From Takakia lepidozioides (lineage: Eukaryota > Plantae > Bryophyta), in contig CM060734.1 in the NCBI GenBank assembly GCA_030704615.1, positions 40,982,001 through 41,046,000 on the forward strand: 64,000 nt of DNA. The letters are read 5' to 3'. This document shows positions 50,276 to 64,000 of the stretch, one piece after another. How positions within the stretch are numbered: the stretch's first letter is position 1; every line of letters starts with the position of its first letter. The notes beneath the pieces were generated by a model, which was given only the letters and a program-made list of their open reading frames with translations, made no database searches and was not told the origin of the DNA. The position numbers were made by a program, and so were the translations under genes.

Positions 50276-51588
50276 ATCCTTGAGCAACACTGCAAATGCT
50301 CCCTGCATGCAAACTGCTGCCCTCTATCTCCTCACCCTCTTCCTATTCCAGAAGCACCCTTTGAGAGAGACGACACCACCGCCTTGACCGGTCACCCTGC
50401 CTCACCGCCGGTAACGCGGGCGCGCCGTGCGGCCAGCGACTGCCGGCACGGTCGGTAGATACTAGCAACGCGGCGGCCTACCTCGGCTTCGTGCGCCGGG
50501 TTGACCGCGGATATCCATGTGTGGGGCAGTCTATAATTAAAGTCAACGACCTTAACCCTGGTTACATTTAGCCCACACACACTCTGGAGTCAAAATGTAA
50601 TAATTCGCCGCATGGATGAAATATTTTATCTCATCCATACTTGTGCGACGAACAGTTGACTATAGATCACCTCGTCTTTTCACTTGGCGACCGACTCAGC
50701 CGGTTGAGTCCCGGCACAGACCTGGGGCAGAACTGGGGGTTGGCACAGTCGGTGGCTGTGGCCCGGGCGCTGACCCGGTGATATGTCGGCGCCGCCGCTT
50801 TCCCGCAGTTGGGGGTGGGGGGGGGGGGCCATCCACAGAAGAGTGTGGGATTGCTTTACTTTGCAAGCTGTGAAAGTGAACTGGAGTGGGTCCACATGGT
50901 GGTCCCTGAATTGGGCCCTCTGCAGACAGGGCTGTGTATTTTCTTCTGTGAAGACCTTGCATGTTGACACACTCCTGGAGAAGACAAGAGCAAGGTAGTG
51001 GAAGCTTGGGCCTCCGGGAAGGTTGTCTTTTAGTTTGTGGATGCAGGAACCAACTTCTCTCACTGTTCAGGTTGCAGAAATCATGCTTGCAGGGACTAAG
51101 CATGAACAACAGATTTCACTAATTCGCTTTTGTGATGGAAGGGGGAAGCAACAGGTTTTTGCACCAGATTGTGCACCTGCAGTGATTCCTTGTTACTCCT
51201 TGTATGTTTTGGCAGTATAAATGGTCAAGAGGTGGATGATCCATCTGAATTAGTTGAAAAACTGGGCTTCGGTCTGTGTGTGAGATGGCTGATATAATGG
51301 TCTCCTAGCATAATGTGCACGATATAGTGGGCGCTCATTTCGGGAACACCCTGCTCCTTGAGCCATACTCTCTACACATAATCTCTGGGGAGCTTGATGA
51401 AGTCGATGAATAAACACGATTGAGGCTGGGAATGCAGCAAACGTAGATCACCATGATTCACGTAGGATCTTCAGCTTTGCACATTCTTGTGCAAGAATTG
51501 GTCTCATGTAAATAAACATCAATGTTCTTGCATGTACCCACTTCTCCAAGAACCTACAACTAACAAATGGAGAGTGGGAACTGTCAAA

Positions 51589-53246
51589 CTAGGAAGAAAC
51601 TTTCAGGGAGGCTAGTGCATCAATTTCTTGCTTCATAATCAGGCCATCGATGAAAACATCCAGGCCCTCCCCTTCCATGATGTGCTCAATTGAATGCTGG
51701 GTGATACCCACCCTATGGTCAGTCACCCTGCCTTGTGGATAATTGTACGTACGGATTCGCTCTGATCGGTCCCCGCTACCAATCTTGACCATCCAGACAG
51801 ACACAAGTGGCAGAAATGGGTCAGATTAAGGATAAAGCAATTGCTCTTCACCAGGTCACTCCATGTAACCAAGACCCCTAAGACAGTGATCCCTACGTCA
51901 GTGTTCTATGTAAAACCTCACCATCTAACACATGCCGAGTAGGTCTGAAGAAACAACTCACAAGTTCTTAACAGCATAGGGGATTTGATAAACAACAGCT
52001 TGTTAGATTTAGGTAGGCAAGTAATAATCTGATACATTTACAGACGTCGCAAAGCACCAAGGACAGAAAATCTGGGCCGAGAAAAGTGAAGACAAAGACT
52101 AAGACAAACAATGGCACAGCTCTAAAGCAGCACCCTCACCTGCTCCTGTCGCAGCTCAGAGCGCATTGTGGCTTGCCTGCACCTCTCTTTCTCATACAGC
52201 TTTGCTCGCAGTATTTTGAGAGCTTTTGCTCTGTTCTGAAGATGAAGGTCATCCAAAACATGAGGAATTTTTTAATGGTCCCTGAACTGTTCAATACTCA
52301 GGTATCTTCAACCAAGTACAGCGAATTCCTTCCCACTTAGACCAACATGCTGGCAAAGGGTGGGCGCACTCCCATGTGGAGCACCTGTGCCAGTTTTTCA
52401 CATCATCATGGATCTGACAAGCTTGTCATCTGCACGGGATCTGGGCAGCTCTCATGACTGAGCTCTCACCCCCCATATAAACCTCAGTCAAAACCTACAA
52501 GAAAACGACACTTAATCAGGAAAGGAGGATGTACCTGATGTTGGGACCGCTCATCTTGAATGGCAATCACAATGCCTGTCGGAAGGTGGGTAATACGCAC
52601 CGCACTGCTGGTGGTGTTAGCATGCTGGCCCCCAGCCCCACCAGCGCGGTATGTGTCCACTCTCATGTCCTCATTTCTGAGTTGAACATCGACCTGCATA
52701 AATTCTGCTGTTATCTTCCCTGTATTTAACTCTCTCTCTCTCTCTCTCTCTACCCACTCTCAGCACTAGACTGAAATTTAAACTCAGGGCGGGAAACCTA
52801 CCTTTGAACAACAAACAGAAGCAGAGAGGAAAGGGAGAGTGCAATTGCCCATTGTGTGGGCAACCTGAAGACAATATTCATTTCCTGATTCATTGTCTGG
52901 GGTTCTCTCACCAGAGAGATGCTCTCTTCGAATCCATCAATGGACTTGTGCCTGTACATCTGTTTACCAACTTTGAAAGTCTCGAGGCTGAGCCAAAAGC
53001 CCAGGCCCTTTTGGGGCCTAGTTATTGGGCAAACCACACACAGCAGGTTGATGCTTGTGTAAAGGGATGTGTAGATATCTAGACATTTAGGGATATCTGG
53101 AAAATCCGGATCAATTGTTTATTCCAAGGTAAGTCTTACTGCCGGCATCAGCCCCTGACAAAGGTAGGTTCCGTCCTTTGTGTTCCGCTCAAACTGGGCA
53201 CGGGGTCAATGGCCACAAGGCTACGGCAAACAACGTCCTGTGAGTG

Positions 53247-53282
<36 letters not shown>

Positions 53283-56200
53283 AACAGGACCGCCCTGTCA
53301 AACAGGCTAAGTCCTGGCAGAAGAGAGTAGAAGAGATCCTCAAGGACCTGGACCTGGATCCGCAAGTCTCGACCCTGCTGGATAAATCTGACTTAGAGGC
53401 TGTAGTGTCCTCAGCCATGTCTGTTGCCATGAGATTGTCTGATGAAAATGAAGTTAGGCAGAAAACTTCCCTGAACTTGTTTCCAGTCTGTGACATGGGG
53501 GAGGACATCTTGGATGACCTCAAGGGTCTACCCACTCTCGGCACTAGACTGAAATTTAAACTCAGGGCAGGAAGCCTACCTTTGAACAGCAAACAGAAGC
53601 AGAGAGGAAAGGGAGAGTGCAATTGCCCGTTGTGTGGGCAATCTGAAGACAGTATTCATTTTCTGATACACTGTCCGGGGTTCTCTCACCAAAGAGACGC
53701 TCTCTTCAAATCTATTAAGGGAATTGTGCCTGTACCCCTGTTTACCAACTTTGAAAGTCTCGAGGCTGAGCCAAAAGCCCAGGCCCTCCTGAGGCCTAGT
53801 TTTTGGGCAAATCACACACAGCAGATTGATGCTTGTGTGAAGGGATTTCTAGAGGATATCTGGAAAACCTGGATTAATTCTTTATATGGAGGTAAGTCTT
53901 ACTACCAACGTCAGCCCCTGACAGAGGTAGGTTCTGTCCCTTTTGTTCCCCGCTCAAACTGGGCGCGGGGTCAATGGCCCACAAGGCTACGGCAAACAAC
54001 GTCTTATGAGTACAATCTCTCTCTGTGAGCTTATCAAGCATGGTGGCGACCCCATCATAGAGGCCTTTGTACTTCTCTTTATCTTATCTGGAGGACTGAA
54101 ATGATCCCCTTTCGCTGGCGACAGGGGGTTATTGTCAATCTACACAAGAAAGGTCACAGAGAAGAGCCAGGGAACTATTGAGGCATCACGCTTCTCAATG
54201 CAGTTGAGAAGATATCTTGCAGAGTTATAAGTATTCGTCTCGAGGTTGATCTGGAGTCTAGGGTTGTTTCCATGAAGGCAAAGATGGCTTCCAGCGAGAC
54301 AGGAGCTGCGTGTATCATATCTTCATTCTAAGCCAGATTATGCAGGGAAGGAAAAAAGAAGGGAAACCCACTTTTGCCTTTTTCTTGGACATCAAAAGGG
54401 CTTATCGCAGTGTGGAGACATGGTCTATGGCTCGATATCATTTCACTAGTGGTTGTGGATTCAAACCCACATAAGTGTGTTGGATGTAAGGGAGTGCATA
54501 CCAGACCCATTCTCGTAAAGCCCTCCCTTTACATTGTAGTTTTATCCATGGACTTTAAATACCAAAAGGATCATAAAGGTGTTCACATTCCCATCAGAAG
54601 GCAGTAGTCCTTGGGGGTCAAGTGACACCATAAGTTGCGCTTGCTTCGGCAAGATCCACATTTTTTTATTATATTATATTTTTGTTTCTCTCTCTCTCTC
54701 TCTCCTCTCTCTGGAGTTTCTTGTTGTTATACTTATTCAATGGGCAAGCTTTTTGTGCAGACCTCATCAGCTTGAGGAAGGACGGCTACAGAGGCTGCAC
54801 TTGTGTGAACACGCCCACTCTTCTCTGTCACTGGAACCCGCTGTGCACCAGGATGTAGCTATGTCAGTTCCAGAAACCACTGAGAAACAGATTGCCAAAG
54901 TAGCCACTCAGAACATAACCTGTGTAAGAGATCCAATAATCAAGGAGTTGATTTTTCTCTCCCACCAGATTGCACCCACACCCAAACTTTACTTGAGACG
55001 TCCAATAAGGGACTACACCTGGACACGGTGCACACCGCTCTCAAACTTGAGCTTGCCATAAACACCCTCTCCAGTAATTGAAGCACTTGCTTCCTGCATC
55101 ACCTCACATAAACCCCTTTGAGTTGCACACCAACATACTGCTACTTGCTCGATGCTCTCCAGTCTCCAGACAGCATTGAAAGGCATGAAAAAGGAAAAGA
55201 TCAGAAGCCTAATTCATTCTGCATGTTCAAAGAGTAGAAAGGTGGGGAGACATACCTTGTACCCACGCATATCTGTCTCTGTAATGGCCATCATGTCAAA
55301 TCTCCAAAAATTCCTTTGTGCGAAACGTTCATACCTGCGCTGACCCGGACACCCACTTGGATGTCACTATCTGTGGTTTCCAAATCAGAACCACCATTCC
55401 GCAACCAGTAATACCCTTGCGAGAGCCATAATTTGGTACCCAGCAAATTCCAATGGTACCATTCCATTGCTATTGGCATGAAGGACTATTATTCCTTTCT
55501 AAGGAGGGGTAGAGAGGCTAGGCGAGCATACATTCTAAAAATGTCCATCGCAAACAATGATGCCTCTTCCCCACCTGTGCCTGGTACATGAAACAAGAGG
55601 ATATGTGAGAATTACAAGTCCAGAGCTCTAGCTGATAGAGCAAAGACCACAAAACCTCATGCATCCAAGCTACACTAACCAGGGCCTTAAGGCTTTTGCA
55701 GGCCTACAAAATAGAGGCGTACTTCTCTTTTCTTTGACAATATTTTAAAACCTCTATATTTTTGGTAGTAACTACTTGCAGCCCAGAACAATGTGCAACA
55801 GAACAAGCGGAAAAGGAAACCGTACCAGCCCTGACCTCCAGGATGCAGCCCCGGTTATCAGCTTCGTCTTTAGGAAGCATTAGAGACAGCATGCGGTGCT
55901 GCCACTGAACCTCTTCCTTTGTGGTTGATTGCAATTCGTCAGCTGCCATGTGTCGCATTTCATCATCCTCTAGTGATTCATCCAACAGAATCTTCAACCC
56001 CTCTTTTTCCTGGGCAAGATCAATAGGTCATCTTAGAACCCTTGGATCACTTGACACCTAAACGGTGCTCTGATGTGTGCTTGACTTTGTTGCTTCTGAG
56101 TCTAGATAAATCACCTGCTTTATACAATGGACACCAATTCATTGAATTGTTCTGCTGTGCAACAGCTTGACTGGAAGCATGAATGGACACGGTACCTTTC

Positions 56201-56825
56201 GTTTGGCCCTCAAGACAGAAATGCATTGCATGAAGTCCTCCAGCTTGCTCAACTCTTTACTGATGTTCACTATGTCATCCGGGATTGCTGCAGGCTGTCT
56301 TCACCCAACCCCAAAGCCACTTACTTCACTTCCCCTTGCATATCCTTTATGCACTTGTTCCAGTTTGGTCTCCCCCGGCACAGAAAATGAGGAAGAGTAC
56401 CTGGGAGAGAGCCTGGTTGAGGTGAGCATGGCGTCCTTCAATGGCCACCATTCTTCTCTCCATGATAACTAATAAGTCTTGTGATATCGGCACCTGTACT
56501 TCTGCACACGTCAAGGTGTCATTTATACTCCGATTACCAACAATCATCCTCGACAACGAAGTGTGCGAAAAAATTGAACTGGGTTTTCGACTTTACCACC
56601 AGCTGAGGAGAACTGCTTCGTATCACAGAGTCCCAATGCTCGACCAGGAAAGAGGCCATGTGTACAGATCCCATCAAATGCTCCTTGAATTTTCCCACCG
56701 AAACGTTGCAAGGATGGGGCTTGAGATTGCACAGGATATATTGAGATGAACCTAAGAGCCCTCGGAGACGTGGAGGAGGAAATGGCCCGCCAAAGAGACA
56801 ACACGGAGTTCCTGCGGCACCTCAT
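51589..56825 (-). CDS. prfA: Organellar (probably mitochondrial) peptide chain release factor 1, ~11 exons
   Basis: [28 protein letters not shown] (PxT motif of RF1), [40 protein letters not shown]; GT-AG introns; Arg/Ser-rich N-terminus. Confidence 0.95.
52750..54015 (+). mobile_element. Two tandem 5'-truncated RTE/RTEX-like LINE 3' ends in a prfA intron (52750-53245, 53279-54015)
   Basis: [18 protein letters not shown] (CCHC finger); shared tail ACAAGGCTACGGCAAACAACGTC; each bounded by (CT)n. Confidence 0.85.
54100..54435 (+). mobile_element. LINE RT N-terminal fragment
   Basis: [47 protein letters not shown]. Confidence 0.8.
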
Positions 56826-57466
56826 CAAGGCAGAACTTGGTAACAACCATACCCAGTTCCCAGGCACCGATTGCACCTGCCAGATCCCTCTCTCTCTTCC
56901 TCTCTCTCACTTGAGAGGCCGTCGGAGAGCGGAGCAAGTGGAAGGAGCAGTCATGGTCAGTAATCGTAGATATAGGTTATTTGAGAGTAACAGAGCCATC
57001 AGTTACGGTGGACTCACATGTTCACAAGCTCATGATTTATGGGTTCATGGCCTAACCATCAACTCCGCAGGCGGCAGATGATGATCAAAAGGTTATTAGT
57101 TCGTAGAAAAGTTGCCTAGAAAACAATGCACATATATTGCTCATACACATTGCACATGCAAAAATACACTATACTTGTATTTTTGCACATTGTACATTGA
57201 GTATAAAGCAGATGCCATAAATGCTCTTGAATTCCCTTGCCCTAACTCCACACATACGCCTACTGTGCCTTTGGAGGCTCGCATAAGAGCAATATTGGTA
57301 TCAATACTAATCTTGTCCATCGCAATACCAGATGAGTATGGTATATACCATGGAGCAAGGTATGTATTGCCCCTAGTATGGTATTGGCCACCCTATCTAC
57401 CAGCCGGGTATGGTATTACCTACCCGGGTTGATATCAGTATTGATACCGGGGATGGACCTATATAC

Positions 57467-58032
57467 CAGTGTTGGTGGGTTCTCATTTTTTTCCAAGGTC
57501 ATGAGGTTCAGGTTATACAAGTTGACTCATGCAGTAATAACCTCTGGTTCCAGGTGAAATATGCACATTGAATGAAGGTTATTTGAACAATATGTGCGGT
57601 CAGGTTATTTGCCGATTCATGAACAAATCATAACCAGCGTATTTCAAGTCGGGTCTTTGTTTTAACCGAAATATAACCTACCTTCCATAGGATATAATCA
57701 AAGTACCCTAGGCAGGCTGCAGAACCTATCGTTCAGGTTCAATATGCCATTTCCACTTCAATGTACATAGTGAAAATAGGACACCAAAAGAAAACTACTA
57801 TTTGCCACGAAACCATAGCTACTATAACCGTTTCCGTCCACTTAAATATCCGGGTCGGGTCTATGTCTTCAGATGTTATTCAGTGTTTCACGGGGTATTT
57901 GAGTTGTCTAGTACCGGTGGTGTTCGGTGTCCACGATTCTCTTTTATGCTCATAACCTCCGGCTATAGTTACCCTTACCCAGCAAATAACCTGTAATTAA
58001 CCGGGTGGGTCCCTGATAACCGACCAACACTG
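57467..58032. mobile_element. Non-autonomous hAT element (566 bp), older relative of 15489-16312
   Basis: TIRs CAGTGTTGGT / ACCAACACTG; 8-bp TSD CTATATAC vs CCATATGC (6/8 match). Confidence 0.8.
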
Positions 58033-60309
58033 CCATATGCCGGTCCAACACTCGTGTAAACAAGGTGGCAGCTTGTCAAAATTGTTGCTTCAATGTACTG
58101 AGCCTCTCGCAGTTTGCGGCTTGTTAACATAGAGAGTGCAAATCAGACTTGGTTAATCTTTGTAGGGAGAGAGATTTTCCCCATCTCACCAACCGGGGAT
58201 TCTCCATCTCTCTTCCCAGACCATGAATCTTGCTGAAGCATCAGTTTTTGAGTGGATTAAAAACCAGTAAAAAAAATCATCATCATGCTAGGCTCCCATG
58301 GGAAGGAAACCAGGATTTGAGCCCAGAATCACTTGGGTAACACGGTGGGAGGCATCCTTATTTTCATTTTTGGCAGGCACACGAGAAAAAAAGCTTTTTC
58401 TTGTTTGCTGGATGTTTGCTCAGCTCGAGTGCTCAAGGAATCTCAAGTGTAGTGTGAGTTTGCAGGGGGATTCATGAGCCCATTTGGGTCTACTTCAGTG
58501 GGTTGCGTGATTCTGTGAGCTTTGGTCGTGGACAAAGTCTTCATCCCTTTGTGCGTTTACATCCTCTTGCGTGTGTGCTGTGGGCTTTTCTGCCTTTGAA
58601 TGCGTGATCAATGGATTTCGTGGGCCGGTGGAGTTGGATTGTTTCGGGCTCTCATGGATGTGAGAGCAATGGTTGATTGAAAGCTTTGACCTGCTCTGTC
58701 CTCCTGTTTTCGGCTTCATTACAAAGGGTCCGTGAAGGACTTTGAAAGAAGAGAGCAAACCAATTTTCAGGACTACGTAAGATCATGTCCAAATACTGCA
58801 CCATTCGCAGCAGCTCATTCAGCTGCGTGTCTCTCTCTCGGGAGCATGGCCAGAAAGGTAATTCACAATCCCACTATAGTTCTCCCCATCAAATGTTCAT
58901 CGAAGAAGCTGTTTTTCTCGAATGTCCCTTACCATGTTTTGCACATAAATGCATATGGAAAATCGCCTACGCAGTGAGAATACCTGGCCAAAACAGCTGA
59001 ATTGTGACGGAGGTTCGACAGCAATCAGTTGATTCACTCAATTCCCGACTCGGCTGTGTAAGCCTTCATGTAAGTGATATAGCCAAAGTATCGCTTAAAA
59101 ACTGTCCGAGTATATTTTGGCCCTTTTACTGTATGAAGGAAATGGCACTTCCGAGAGTTGGGCACCAAAATCTGGATCGGAGAGAGCGCAAGAAATTGTT
59201 CGAATTTTGTTATCTAGACTGCAACTCTGGAGCTCGCCTACGCTGAAAGTCATGGATGCAGTGCAATTCCCAGAGGCACGAGGTTTGCTGCACAGTTGCC
59301 CACATGCATTTGACTCTGGTTGCAGAATGGGAGGACAAGGGGACCCTGCGTTTGATATTTACTCGTGGTTACTGGAACCGCCCAAGTGTGGCCCTGTTAC
59401 AAAAAGCTAGTCTCAACACATGAGGATTTGGAACAGTGAGCTGGGGTCGAGTTGGTTCTGTAAAATCCTTGCAAAAAGCCTACCACTGGAGGTCGAGTGG
59501 CACTGTGGCAGAAATGGAGGACAGAGAAAGATGAAGAAGGCTCATCTCAGATGAACGTAGTGTTGACATAGCCCCAGCGGTAAGCTAAACTTTTCGGTAT
59601 GGTCAAGAGGGAATATGAGACGCAACCGAACTGCCTTCGCACAGAGTACGACAATCCGGTTAAGTAGAATTAATGTACTCACAAGCATGGACATGATAGT
59701 AGAAAGCTGGAGGTAATTCGGAGCACTGCTCCTAGCCCCCAATGTGACACATGTGCCTGTGATTCCACTGACAGTCACCCTATGGAATGGCTGGGGCAGA
59801 TGTGATGCTAGACGGAGGGAGACAGGCTAGCAGTTGACTCATTATGGTAAGTGTATGTGATCAGAATGGTGCAGTGGAGGAGAGCAGCGCACAAGGACAC
59901 ACTGAGGGACTCTGAGATTTACTACTCCCCCCTCCACACAGGTAAGTGTTTGTCATTTTGGAGTCCTGTTTATTTAGTGAACACCAATTCTGCTTAGTCT
60001 CCATATATTTTGGGGGGCCTACCAGCAAAAGATTGCGAAGGAGTTGTGGGCTCTATTGGTACATATCATGAACAAGTTTAGTGTTGGCTGTCTGATATTT
60101 TACCGATCCAATAGCGCGATCAAACCTTTACTGAGGAACTGAAGCATGGGGAGTCCCTTTCCCGACTGTCCACATTGAGAAAACCTCAGACCGAAATCAA
60201 GGCCTTTGCCTACATGCTGTTTTGGAGCTCCTTAGACCATAGAAATGCCCATAGATTTCTCAATCAAGAGGGGTAGTTCTGGGGCCCTGGAGATAGAGGA
60301 GGGAGATAG

Positions 60310-62944
60310 ATGTTCTGTATTGGTTGCCTGTTTGCTGTCACCATGGGCTTGATGTTAGGATCTGGCAGGTGAAACGACAACAATGTGGCAGCAGTTCAAG
60401 AACAAATGGCTACAAATGAAGATGCTGTTATGGTGGACGCTCCTGGGAGTAGGGGTGGGGATTTGTCTGGGTGGTTCTCTCTACAGTGTGCATGCTTCCC
60501 CCCTTACTATTGAACTCATTGGTGAGTGTGGAGGGCCTAGCTGATACTCACAAACTTAAGCATGGAAGAGCTTAAGTCCATAGATAGCAAAACAAGGTAA
60601 GTCTAAATCTCAAGGACTTTGCAGCCTCAAGTAGTATTGATCTCTTGATCTGTTAATGTGAGAGGTGGCTCTGGGGCTTATTCAGATTGGTTATGACACT
60701 TGAAGGTTTCTATGGATCTTCTGCTACAGTTGTCAAATAGCTAATGCTTGCACCAGTGTATGTTTGACCAAAATGCCCAATTGGAAAAAGAAAACAGACC
60801 TGGCCTGCAAGGACTCAAAGAATCAAGAACCACTCTGCAGTGTGATGGGAGGATTTTCTCAGCAGAGCGTCTATAAAATTGGAACAAATGTAGTTACAGT
60901 GATGTGTAAGATTGTTTTACTGGAGTCGGTTGTTTTGAGCGCCCAGGGTACCCAGGAGAGCTGTTGATTCGAGCACTGCAGGAGCTGGTGTTGCCGCTCA
61001 TTGTGTTTGCACTGATGACTGGTGTCTTCAACCTGCGCAATTCCTCAAGCGGGTATCTGTTTCTTGGCTCTCTCTGCACAATCCCTTTCTGTGCATGGCT
61101 GCAACAAAGATTGATCAGAGTATTTATTAGACTCTGTAGTGTTACCCCTAGCGGCTAGGAGAACGTTTTTTCTTTCTTGCTCAAAATTTCACATCAGGGA
61201 TACTATGTGGTGCCTAACCAGAACATATGCAAAGATAAAAGAATCAACTGATGGCTGCTCCTACTGATATAGGAGCAATTTGCCTGATGTTCGAAGCTGG
61301 GTAGCTTCCCATTGTTTTATGAAAAGAAAAGAAATGAAATGGTACTTTAAAATGTCTGCGGGAAGCTCAAAAGAAAGAAACGAAATGAAATGGTACTTTA
61401 TAACGTCCATATATTTTTTATAACGTCCAGGGGATGGAAAGAAACTTTCTAACATCCATGGGAAGCATCAAGGGTGCACGGGATAAAGTAGAACAAGAAA
61501 CTCCTTCAAAACATACCGAATTACGCCTGAAGATGAAGGGCCTAATGCAAGTAAGCGGAGAGACACTTGGGGTCCTCAAATCTGGATCCAGCAGAAGAAT
61601 ATGGACTTTTTGACTGAATTCACAGAAAGTTGGTTTGGGCTTTGTAACAAGCAGACCCGATCCCCCAGGGTCACTGTGAGATTCAATGTCCCAGTACAGG
61701 CATCTCAAATGGGGAGACAGATGCCTGTACATATCAATTGGCAACTTGCCTTGCAAAGTCAGCAAACTAGATTGAAGAAGGTTTGGAGCTTTAAAAAGGT
61801 GTAGAGTTCAAATTTGTCCTGTTTGCACAGAACCGGGCGTGTACTACGGTGGTCTCTGCTTTACTATTTACTGTCAATGCTACTGGCAGTGGCCCTTGGT
61901 ATAGGGTTGGTGTACGCAATACGGCCTGGGAGAAGTGCACCTTTCAGTGGTGGTGAAATCAGCAAATGCTCACAGCAGAGCTCAAACACCACAAGCCAGT
62001 AAGTACTTTTTGGGCCTCAGAAGGTGGTCGCTTGCTGGGACCCTGTCTCTTGTGCTCTCACTGTCTCCCAGAATATGGGAGTGTAGTTTCTCCCAGTCTG
62101 TGGGAGGGACAGAGGGAGAAAGAAAGAAAGAAGGAAATTTTGTAACGTCCATGGGGGGGCCCGAGGGCCGAAGTAGCAAACAATAATTTAAAGCCTTGTC
62201 TAATTTTGCCCCAAGACGAAGTGCCTCCTGCAGTTAGGCTACCAAGCACTCATTAGACTGTCCGTCATAGCCTGGTGGCCATAGATTTATTTAAAGGATT
62301 TGCTTAAAGCAGTCTTGGCCATAGATCCTGCAACCCAAGCTGTCAAAAGAGGCATACACAGAAAGAGAGGAGAGACCATTATTGACTATATTCGAGGATA
62401 TGGTTGGCGACTAAGAAATTTCAGCCCTCTGACGAACATTGACATTTGTTGTTTTACTATTATATACAGCTTCCATTGTCATCATACCAGATCTCCTGAC
62501 AATTTTTAGTGGAAGTGGCAAGTGGCATGATGTACGGCAACTGATTGGGAAGAGATTTTGTGTGTCAGAGGGTCGGCAAATGCTGACAAATCCACAGTGG
62601 AGTCATTGCTGAATATTGGGCGAGAAGTTATTCCCACCAATATTGTTGCTGCTGCTGCCGCACCCAACTACCTGGGCGTGATCACTTTTGCAATTATCTT
62701 TGCATTCACACTGAACACCATTGGTACTTGCCAGAAATCAACTTGCTGCTTGATAATCCATCTGGCTCCTCCTTCATTTTTATGTCCATGTGATGTATCT
62801 GAACAGTGGAAGCTGGAAAGTCGAGGGGCAGGGGATAGAAGAGAGGAAAAGAGAGAGGCTTAATTGGAATGTGCACTTGCAGGTGAACGTGCAGAGCCTC
62901 TCATTCATATGTTTGAGGTTTGCAATGACGTTATCCTTAAAATT
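60310..62944 (+). CDS. Dicarboxylate/amino acid:cation symporter (DAACS/SLC1 family), partial; 5' exons uncertain, 3' end beyond the window
   Basis: Exons ~60487-60521, 60947-61052, 61831-61998, 62569-62723, 62883-62944 splice in frame: IGYPGELLIRALQELVLPLIV..G..G..LLYYL..AVALGIGLV..IRPG..IPTNIV..NYLGVITFAIIF. Confidence 0.88.
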
Positions 62945-64000
62945 GTAAGTACTCTTTACTTTGGCATAAATTTGCCCATAGCTATTTGACTTTTTCCAGT
63001 GATAGTCCATCCTTATCTACTGGATACTTATGGGTTTCCTAACTGCAGCACATTAAAACAAGTAATGCTGTTGGCAACGATAGTGAGACATAGAAGTCAA
63101 ACTTTGTGTTAATTACTGTGTACTACTCGTCTTCTGAATGATCTTAAACCACAATTTGGGTTACAAAGGAGCCTCCAAGGAAGATGAGGAACGGGGCGTG
63201 AGAGCACTCCAAGCTCTGCCAAAACCAGAATTGTTCCTGAAAATTTGGCAGTTCTGTTACAACAGATACCTTGTATCTGATCATCTGACAAATCAATCTA
63301 GGACTTTCTCTTTGAAATGCTGATATGGATGACTCATAATGGTCTACCTCTATTTGGTAGGAGAACTCCAGGCTTGTCGAGCTCTGGGCCTTGTTGACCG
63401 CTTTCCAGATGTGTATCCAATGTGTTTGGTACACTCGGATTTTATAATCCACCAAAAAGTCCAACACAAAACATTTTCAGTTTATCAGAAACAATCAGTG
63501 TAACTTACCAAGAGCTTTCTGTGGTATAGATCTGTAACACAAAATACCCTTCAAGTTATGTAGCTTTTCATTGTGAGTTATTACCTCAATTCCCTAGAAA
63601 GTTCCTTTTTAAGTGTTGTCAAGACAATACTGAAGAGAAAGGTCTAGTGAAGGTCTCTCCAGAACTGAAAAACTTGATCAGTATCACTCAATGTTTACAT
63701 GTGTTGAGGTTTTTGTTGGAGGCTCTATATTTGAGGATGGCGTCCCTGAATGAAGGTGGTTAACATGAACTTCTATAGGCGGACTAGTCTAACATGAGAG
63801 TATCCTAGGACTCTGATAAGTCCTCCAAGTTCTAGTTCAATTGTATATTATTCCTATGCCAATCTGCTGAAACTCTTTTGCCACATGCCGGTATGACAGT
63901 TGCCAGAACCCAAGTGTCAGTAGCTTCTGTTTTTTACTTGGTAATGAATCTTGTATTGCTGTGATGTATGACCAGATATATGTGGTTATAGCTTTCACGC

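Noticed and set aside
53180-54028. 282-aa ORF as a host gene
   Set aside because: Read-through of a LINE tail, (CT)n and a second LINE fragment inside an intron

Overview
Eukaryotic nuclear DNA from a seed-free land plant; the TE families and PPR style look bryophyte-like, but the species cannot be determined. The first ~21 kb is almost all nested transposon material: an apparently young Ty3/Gypsy 5' end, a decayed SWIM-finger Mutator-like element carrying Gypsy pol remnants, an RLE-type LINE tail, and hAT and CACTA non-autonomous elements with TSDs. The rest holds intron-containing genes: a DUF3598 gene, an organellar release factor 1, and a dicarboxylate/amino-acid:cation symporter running off the window, plus an F-box/kelch pseudogene. 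The highlight is 27.6-39.8 kb. One gene there joins three OSB-type PDF (ssDNA-binding) motifs to a PLS-PPR array and an E-DYW deaminase domain. It has been cut in two, together with a neighbouring L1 element, by a ~7.25 kb inversion (~28915-36160). Flipping that segment rejoins both in frame. All calls come from manual reading and translation; no searches were run.
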